Positions 58,745 to 64,000 of a stretch of 64,000 bases of DNA are shown one piece after another. Every line of letters begins with the position of its first letter. The first letter of the stretch is position 1. Position numbers and translations under genes: made by a program. The notes beneath the pieces are model-generated. The model made no database searches and had not been told where the DNA came from. It worked only from the letters and a program-made list of their open reading frames with translations. Source of the DNA: a candidate division FCPU426 bacterium (GTDB lineage: Bacteria > Oederibacteriota > Muellerivitia > Muellerivitales > Muellerivitaceae); NCBI GenBank assembly GCA_963796105.1, contig CAWCKJ010000007.1:32001-96000 (forward strand), written 5' to 3'.

Positions 58745-60721
58745 TTAATTCCCTGAAACATTGCCAACCGCCTGGCCAAAGATGGAACGGTGAGGCATGG
58801 ACCTTGCCCTTTTCATGCAAAGTTCCGCGTCGTCCATCCTTTTCTCAACCGTATAAATGGCCCCGAGATTGTAGTAAAACTCGAAAAACTTTCCCCTCGT
58901 TCGGCGAATCGCCTCCAGGTAAAGAGCCTCCGCCATGTCCAGGTGGTTGTTATAAGCGCAGAAAACCGCCATGGATTGAAGGTCCCGGGGATAGTCCGGG
59001 GGATCGAAAAAATCCCCGATACCGGAAGTTTCTGGGTTCATCCCAATGATGGAATTTTTTTCCATCAAAATGGACTTGGAGACGCCTTTCATGGCTATCA
59101 CACCCGCGTAATCCAGGTCCGCTACAGAGTCAGAGTAGCCCTTTCTTAGGTAGATAGCCGAATTCTCATCCAGGTAAACCGGACGCCAATCCTGGGAGGA
59201 TTGGAGCTCGACAATCCAGGGAACTTCCTCGAAAGGGTTGAACATAAGGAGATCGGCATGGTATTTGTCCAGGAGGGTCTTCAGGCCTCCGGAAGCCTGG
59301 GCATTTTTGTATTCCGAGAAGAATTCCTCCCCCATGACCTCCAAGCGCCCGTCAATGAAGGCCTTCCCGGGGGTCAGCCATTCCAACCATCCGCCGGAAT
59401 TGAATTGGTTAAAGATCCTCCCGTCCAAATGGTTTCGATCCAGGAACTCGCAGGCTCCCGCCGGCACTTGCCCCCTGTCCAGTCCCAGGCCGAACCGGTC
59501 CGGTCTCCGGTCCGCCAGGTAATAGGCCCCTGTGAGGACCCTCGCGCAGAACCCCAGAATAAGCAGTGTGAATATCCAGGGGGCCGCCCAATGCCCAAAG
59601 ACAGCTCCCTGGATTTTTCGGAGCCAATCCCACTTCAAGTCCTTCCAGCAGGAAGCCGCCAGGGGGGCGCAAGCGATCATGAAAATCTGGATATTCCTGA
59701 GGGCCGCGATGGATAGGCCCAGCAAAATAAAAAACATCAGGTACTCGTGGATTTTTCTCTGGCGATATGTAAGCACAAACGCGAGGAAAAGGAAAACACA
59801 GAAAAGTTTGTAAACCAAAAGGTAAAGGGTCGGCGCCGCAAAGAGTCCCCCGCCCATGGTCCAGGGCGATTGGAACTCGAAGATCGCCTGTTTGAAAACA
59901 TTGGAAGTGCCGGCGGTATTGAGCAGGGTGAGAGGGAAAACCAATCCCTTGATGAAATAGGGGTTCACCAGGCACGCGGCCAAGCCGAGTGCGGAATATC
60001 GGCATAATTTCAGATCCACCTTTGGGCCGGCGAGAAAACTAGACAGGCAGTAAAGCGCCATCAGGCCCAAGCCAATGGCAAAAAGGCCTTCCACGTTCAC
60101 CCAAACCAGCATGATGAAGGGAAGAAGTAATAAAAAATCCCTGCCCCTGGCGGCCCTGGTTTCCAGGACCCAAAGAGTCAGGCTCATCAAGATCCAGCTG
60201 AGGGTCTCGGGTCTCGCCCGGAACCGGTATTCGGACGCCGCCAGGGCCGCGGCCAATAACACCACGCACATCCAGAAAGGCGCGCCTGTTAAACGGAGCC
60301 TTTTCCAGGTCAGGAAAAACAACAGCAGGATGAATACGGAATTCGCGAGGGAAATCAAGGGGTAATTTCCCAGCCGGTAGAGGGTGTAAAGACCTATCTG
60401 GTAGAGCCAATGGATATCCAGATAAGGATGGTCTGGGACTGTGTATGTAAATGGGTCCAAGGCGGGGACTTGATGATTCTCCAGGATCCACTGCCCCCCC
60501 TTCAGGTGATAGCCCAGGTCGGAGTCGTTCAATAACCGCGCCCCGAAAATGACTGAGAGCAGGAGGCAGGCGTACAAGGCGATATGCCACGGATCGAACA
60601 GTTTTTTAAGGGCTGGCGGCTCGGCCTGTCCATTTAGTCCGCTTGAAATCATTGGCAACATGGGTGGATTATAGCCGGGAGAACCGCCAAGTGGTTTATT
60701 AGGCCCGGCATAAAACCACAT
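58745..60721 (-). CDS. Polytopic membrane protein (GT-C-like) with C-terminal TPR; true start may be ~60660
   Basis: DLGYHLKGGQWI...DPFTY, RARPE, WVNVEG, FIDGRLEV; many TM helices; C-terminal TPR. Confidence 0.7.
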   Translation of the reverse strand: MWFYAGPNKPLGGSPGYNPPMLPMISSGLNGQAEPPALKKLFDPWHIALYACLLLSVIFGARLLNDSDLGYHLKGGQWILENHQVPALDPFTYTVPDHPYLDIHWLYQIGLYTLYRLGNYPLISLANSVFILLLFFLTWKRLRLTGAPFWMCVVLLAAALAASEYRFRARPETLSWILMSLTLWVLETRAARGRDFLLLLPFIMLVWVNVEGLFAIGLGLMALYCLSSFLAGPKVDLKLCRYSALGLAACLVNPYFIKGLVFPLTLLNTAGTSNVFKQAIFEFQSPWTMGGGLFAAPTLYLLVYKLFCVFLFLAFVLTYRQRKIHEYLMFFILLGLSIAALRNIQIFMIACAPLAASCWKDLKWDWLRKIQGAVFGHWAAPWIFTLLILGFCARVLTGAYYLADRRPDRFGLGLDRGQVPAGACEFLDRNHLDGRIFNQFNSGGWLEWLTPGKAFIDGRLEVMGEEFFSEYKNAQASGGLKTLLDKYHADLLMFNPFEEVPWIVELQSSQDWRPVYLDENSAIYLRKGYSDSVADLDYAGVIAMKGVSKSILMEKNSIIGMNPETSGIGDFFDPPDYPRDLQSMAVFCAYNNHLDMAEALYLEAIRRTRGKFFEFYYNLGAIYTVEKRMDDAELCMKRARSMPHRSIFGQAVGNVSGN

Positions 60722-60806
60722 TTTTGATTTTAAATTGAGTTGAAATCTTAAATAAACCTGAAGTTAACTAGGTTATAATCCACTCTCATTCCGGAGGATT
60801 ACTCAA

Positions 60807-61373
60807 GTGGAACCCCGACCCAAAACATCTAAAAAGAGCCCATCAAAACCCAAAGCCGGGCGCGTCCCCAAAAACGCCTTCAAAAACCCCGCAAAAAAAA
60901 TTAATAAAGTATCCGACCAGGACACGAAGCTTCTCTTTAAATGCGTCCAACTCCAGGGCCAAGTAACCCCTGGGGATCTGGCGAAAGAACTACATTGGAA
61001 CAAAGGCACCTTGTCCCAACACCTGAAAAAACTTGTGGCGCGGGGAGAAATTGAGCGATTGGGAAGCGGACAAAACACAAGCTACAAAGCAGTAACCAAA
61101 AGCGAAGAAAATTCACCGGTGGAGGAATTGGAACCCTCTCAAACCATTATTCCGCCCGTTGAAAACAAACAAAGTGAAATAAGTAACCCCGTCACGACTG
61201 TCCAAAAGGAATCTAACTCAGTGAGTCTTTTCACTTTGGAAGACCTTCAAGACCCGGCAAAGAACCTTGAAAAAGCAAAAAGCAAAGCCAATATTTGGCG
61301 CGCCGTGATCTTATTGGAAATTTTGGTGATTCTGATTTGGTATTTGTCCCAAATATTCAGCCACCATTCTTAA
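60807..61373 (+). CDS. Winged-helix protein with C-terminal TM anchor
   Basis: GGAGG RBS; TPGDLAKELHWNKGTLSQHLKKLVARGEIERLGSG; C-terminal hydrophobic helix. Confidence 0.7.
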   Translation: MEPRPKTSKKSPSKPKAGRVPKNAFKNPAKKINKVSDQDTKLLFKCVQLQGQVTPGDLAKELHWNKGTLSQHLKKLVARGEIERLGSGQNTSYKAVTKSEENSPVEELEPSQTIIPPVENKQSEISNPVTTVQKESNSVSLFTLEDLQDPAKNLEKAKSKANIWRAVILLEILVILIWYLSQIFSHHS

Positions 61374-61618
61374 AGACATTAACTAAATTACTTCTTTAAC
61401 ACTGTGGGGCTCCGCACCGAAGTAAGTTGTCGTTAGGTTTAAGTCATAAAATCTTTGAATTTTCCACCGCTAAACCTTTGTGGTTCTGAAAGAACCTGTG
61501 GTGAACGTGGATTTTTAATGTTTCTAATGTTAAATCTTTTAAACCTCGTTGTCTTAATCCCCTTTTCCCCTCAAAATACCCGCGTTGATTTTCTTATTCC
61601 TTCCAAAAGGATTATCCA

Positions 61619-62635
61619 ATGAAACAAATTTGGATCACGCGCCCCATCGGCCCTGACGGCCTGGAAATAAAAGAAGCCACCCTTGCCCCCCCAGGGCCTG
61701 GACAAATGACCGTGGAGATCAAGGCCGCGGGTTTCAACTTCGCCGACTTGATGGCTTCCAAGGGTCTTTACCCGGACGCCCCCAAACTGCCCTGCGTGGT
61801 GGGTTACGAGGTGTCTGGTACCGTGGAAGCCGTGGGCGAGGGCGTGGACAGGCATTGGCTCGGTAAAGGCGTTTTCGCCTTCACCCGTTTTGGGGGGTAT
61901 TCGGAAAAAATCAATCTCCCTTTGGAACAAGTTTTCGAGAGGCCCAATAATTTAAGCCCTGATGAAGCCGCGGCCCTTCCCGTGAACTACATCACCGCCT
62001 ACCAGTTGGTGGTGGCCATGGGAGGTTTGAGGAAAGGCGAAACTATCCTGATCCATAACGCGGGAGGGGGTGTCGGCTTGGCCGCGCTCCAGTTCGCCCG
62101 CAAAATCGGGGCTGTCACTTTGGGTACCGCCAGCGCCGGCAAGCATGCTTTTTTAAAGGCCCAGGGTCTGGATGAAGCCATCGATTACCGCACAGGAGAT
62201 TGGGAAAAGGAAGTCCTGAGGATTACCGGGGGCAAGGGCGTCGAGTTGATCCTGGACCCCATCGGGGGGGCTTCCTGGAGGAAAAATTACAAGCTCCTGC
62301 GCCCATCCGGGCGCCTGGGGGTTTACGGCATTTCAAGCGCTTCCCTGTCCAAGGGCCCCAAACTACTGACATTCCTGAACCTTCTCGCCAGGATGCCTTT
62401 TTTCAATCCGGTTTCATTGATGAATAATAACCGGGGTGTTTTCGGGGCGAACCTGGGGCATCTATGGGGTGAGACTGAAAAAGTGAAGGGATGGTTCACG
62501 GAGATCCTGAAAGGCGTCCGTGATGGATGGCTCAAGCCCTACGTGGACCGGACTTTCCGTTTCTCCGAGGCGGCCGAGGCTTTCCGTTACGTGGAGCAAC
62601 GCAAGAACACGGGCAAAATCCTGCTGATTCCGTGA
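61619..62635 (+). CDS. MDR-family (VAT-1/quinone oxidoreductase-like) dehydrogenase
   Basis: GFNFADL, GYEVSG, ILIHNAGGGVG, KNTGKILL. Confidence 0.92.
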   Translation: MKQIWITRPIGPDGLEIKEATLAPPGPGQMTVEIKAAGFNFADLMASKGLYPDAPKLPCVVGYEVSGTVEAVGEGVDRHWLGKGVFAFTRFGGYSEKINLPLEQVFERPNNLSPDEAAALPVNYITAYQLVVAMGGLRKGETILIHNAGGGVGLAALQFARKIGAVTLGTASAGKHAFLKAQGLDEAIDYRTGDWEKEVLRITGGKGVELILDPIGGASWRKNYKLLRPSGRLGVYGISSASLSKGPKLLTFLNLLARMPFFNPVSLMNNNRGVFGANLGHLWGETEKVKGWFTEILKGVRDGWLKPYVDRTFRFSEAAEAFRYVEQRKNTGKILLIP

Positions 62636-62700
62636 TTGATAATCATTTCAACTGTCCACTACACATTCCCGTCATGGATAATCATCATCGGAAGAAAAGT

Positions 62701-62946
62701 CTAATTCCCAAATAATTTCTGAAGTAATTCCTGTCGGTCTAATTTTAAATGTTCAGCTACGTCCGAAAGAATCGCTGATAGGGTGCCTGTCCTGAGGGGG
62801 TTATGTGAGGGGATCGTAATGTGATGCTGGCCGTTTTGGATCGTTGTCAAACGCATGTGGCTTCCGGTTTGACGGGTAATTACATAACCGAAAACCTTAA
62901 GTTCATTGGCGAGATCCCCTCCCGACAAATTCCGGGGGAGCCTCAT
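62701..62946 (-). CDS. hicA: HicA-family toxin
   Basis: RQTGSHMRL, HITIPSHNPLRTGTLSAIL. Confidence 0.9.
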   Translation of the reverse strand: MRLPRNLSGGDLANELKVFGYVITRQTGSHMRLTTIQNGQHHITIPSHNPLRTGTLSAILSDVAEHLKLDRQELLQKLFGN

Positions 62947-63149
62947 ACCGCGATAGTTTCCTCGCGTACAAAATGCAGCCGGATTACCTTGGGCATATTT
63001 TTTTCATCAAAATGACATTTCACCGCGTCACGAATCATTTCATGAAGTTGGTCCAGGTTGTCGGCTTCGGTAAATAAGGATTCACCCAAAGCGCGGGCTA
63101 CATAGCCCCCTTCCGGGGAATCTTCGATCATAAAAATCAACTCATTCAT
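62943..63149 (-). CDS. hicB: HicB-like antitoxin (short form)
   Basis: EGGYVARALGESLFTEADNLDQLHEMIRDAV; 4-bp overlap with hicA; GGAGG RBS. Confidence 0.8.
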   Translation of the reverse strand: MNELIFMIEDSPEGGYVARALGESLFTEADNLDQLHEMIRDAVKCHFDEKNMPKVIRLHFVREETIAV

Positions 63150-63305
63150 GACAACCTCCATAAAACATTATACAAAAGGTATTGGCTTTAAACGACACCA
63201 TCATAATTTAGGACATATTAAGGGTACCTCAAAAAATTCATTGTAGAGGCTGTGGAATAAGCACATTCGTGGCTAAAACTGTGGTTTCGAAGAAACCGGT
63301 GGTTC

Positions 63306-63517
63306 AACCGAGGGGGTTTTCGGGGCGAACCTGGGGCATCTATGGGGTGAGACTGAAAAAGTGAAGGGATGGTTCACGGAGATCCTGAAAAGGCGTCCGC
63401 GATGGCTGGCTCAAACCCCACGTGGACCGGACTCTCCGTTTCTCCGAGGCGGCCGAGGCTTTCCGTTACGTGGAGCAACGCAAGAACACGGGCAAAATCC
63501 TCCTGGTTCCGTGATTG
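63306..63517 (+). pseudogene. Frameshifted duplicate of the 3' end of the MDR dehydrogenase gene (direct repeat of 62429..62638)
   Basis: ~210-bp near-identical direct repeat with a 1-bp insertion (GAAAAGGCG vs GAAAGGCG) and scattered substitutions. Confidence 0.9.
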
Positions 63518-63602
63518 GGAAGACATTTCGGCCAACCATTCATCTCAATTTTGAAATAAATTCCACCTTGACAAAGTTATACCAAAGTTATACTTTTGAT
63601 TT

Positions 63603-63839
63603 ATGAAAACAGCCATATCCATACCCCCAAAAGTTTTTGACAACGCCGAAAAGCTGGCGGAAAAGATGGGAGTTTCCCGGAGCCAGCTTTATGTCACTGC
63701 CATCAAGAATTACCTGGATGGCCATAATGACGATTCCGTGACGGCCAAGCTCAACGATGTTTATGCCCACGTGGATTCAAAACTTGATCCCGCTTTGAGG
63801 AAGATTCAGGCAAAATCCATCTCCAAGGATGGGTGGTGA
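63603..63839 (+). CDS. RHH/CopG-type antitoxin of a MazF/PemK module
   Basis: MKTAISIP...AEKLAEKMGVSRSQLY; stop codon overlaps the toxin start (GTGA). Confidence 0.85.
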   Translation: MKTAISIPPKVFDNAEKLAEKMGVSRSQLYVTAIKNYLDGHNDDSVTAKLNDVYAHVDSKLDPALRKIQAKSISKDGW

Positions 63840-64000
63840 ACCGGGGCGAAATTTGGTGGGCGGATTTACCCGGCCCCAAGGCCTCGGAACCCGGCTACAG
63901 CCGTCCCATTCTCATCATCCAATCAGACGCTTTTAATCGAAGCCGCATTCAAACCGTTGTCGCTGTCGCCCTGACATCCAATCTCCGATTAGCCGACGCT
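63836..64000 (+). CDS. mazF: MazF/PemK-family toxin (truncated by the window end)
   Basis: Manual translation: MNRGEIWWADLPGPKASEPGYSRPILIIQSDAFNRSRIQTVVAVALTSNL. Confidence 0.9.
   Translation, partial: MNRGEIWWADLPGPKASEPGYSRPILIIQSDAFNRSRIQTVVAVALTSNLRLADA

Overview
Bacterial chromosomal window, probably from a diderm lineage; the taxon cannot be fixed from the sequence alone. The left ~25 kb is a polysaccharide-utilisation-like locus. It holds LacI and PocR-AraC regulators, secreted GH35, GH29, GH44 and GH2 enzymes with CBM modules, three CBM-like lipoproteins, and three tandem paralogous outer-membrane proteins with an SLH-like / coiled-coil / beta-barrel (OmpM-like) architecture. No SusC/SusD pair is present in the window. 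The locus ends at a tRNA-Leu(CAG) gene with an intact 5' half and a degenerate 3' half, next to triple 10-bp direct repeats resembling integrase arm sites, which suggests an integration scar. The rest is mostly housekeeping: rnr-smpB, a GGDEF-EAL protein, priA, opp-type ABC genes, secA, ligA, ribD-ribE-yaaR-ribBA-ribH-nusB and gpmA. It is interspersed with an AT-rich omptin islet, three toxin-antitoxin modules (two linked to a ~210-bp duplication of a gene 3' end) and several families of small palindromic or MITE-like repeats. All family calls come from manual motif recognition; no searches were run.
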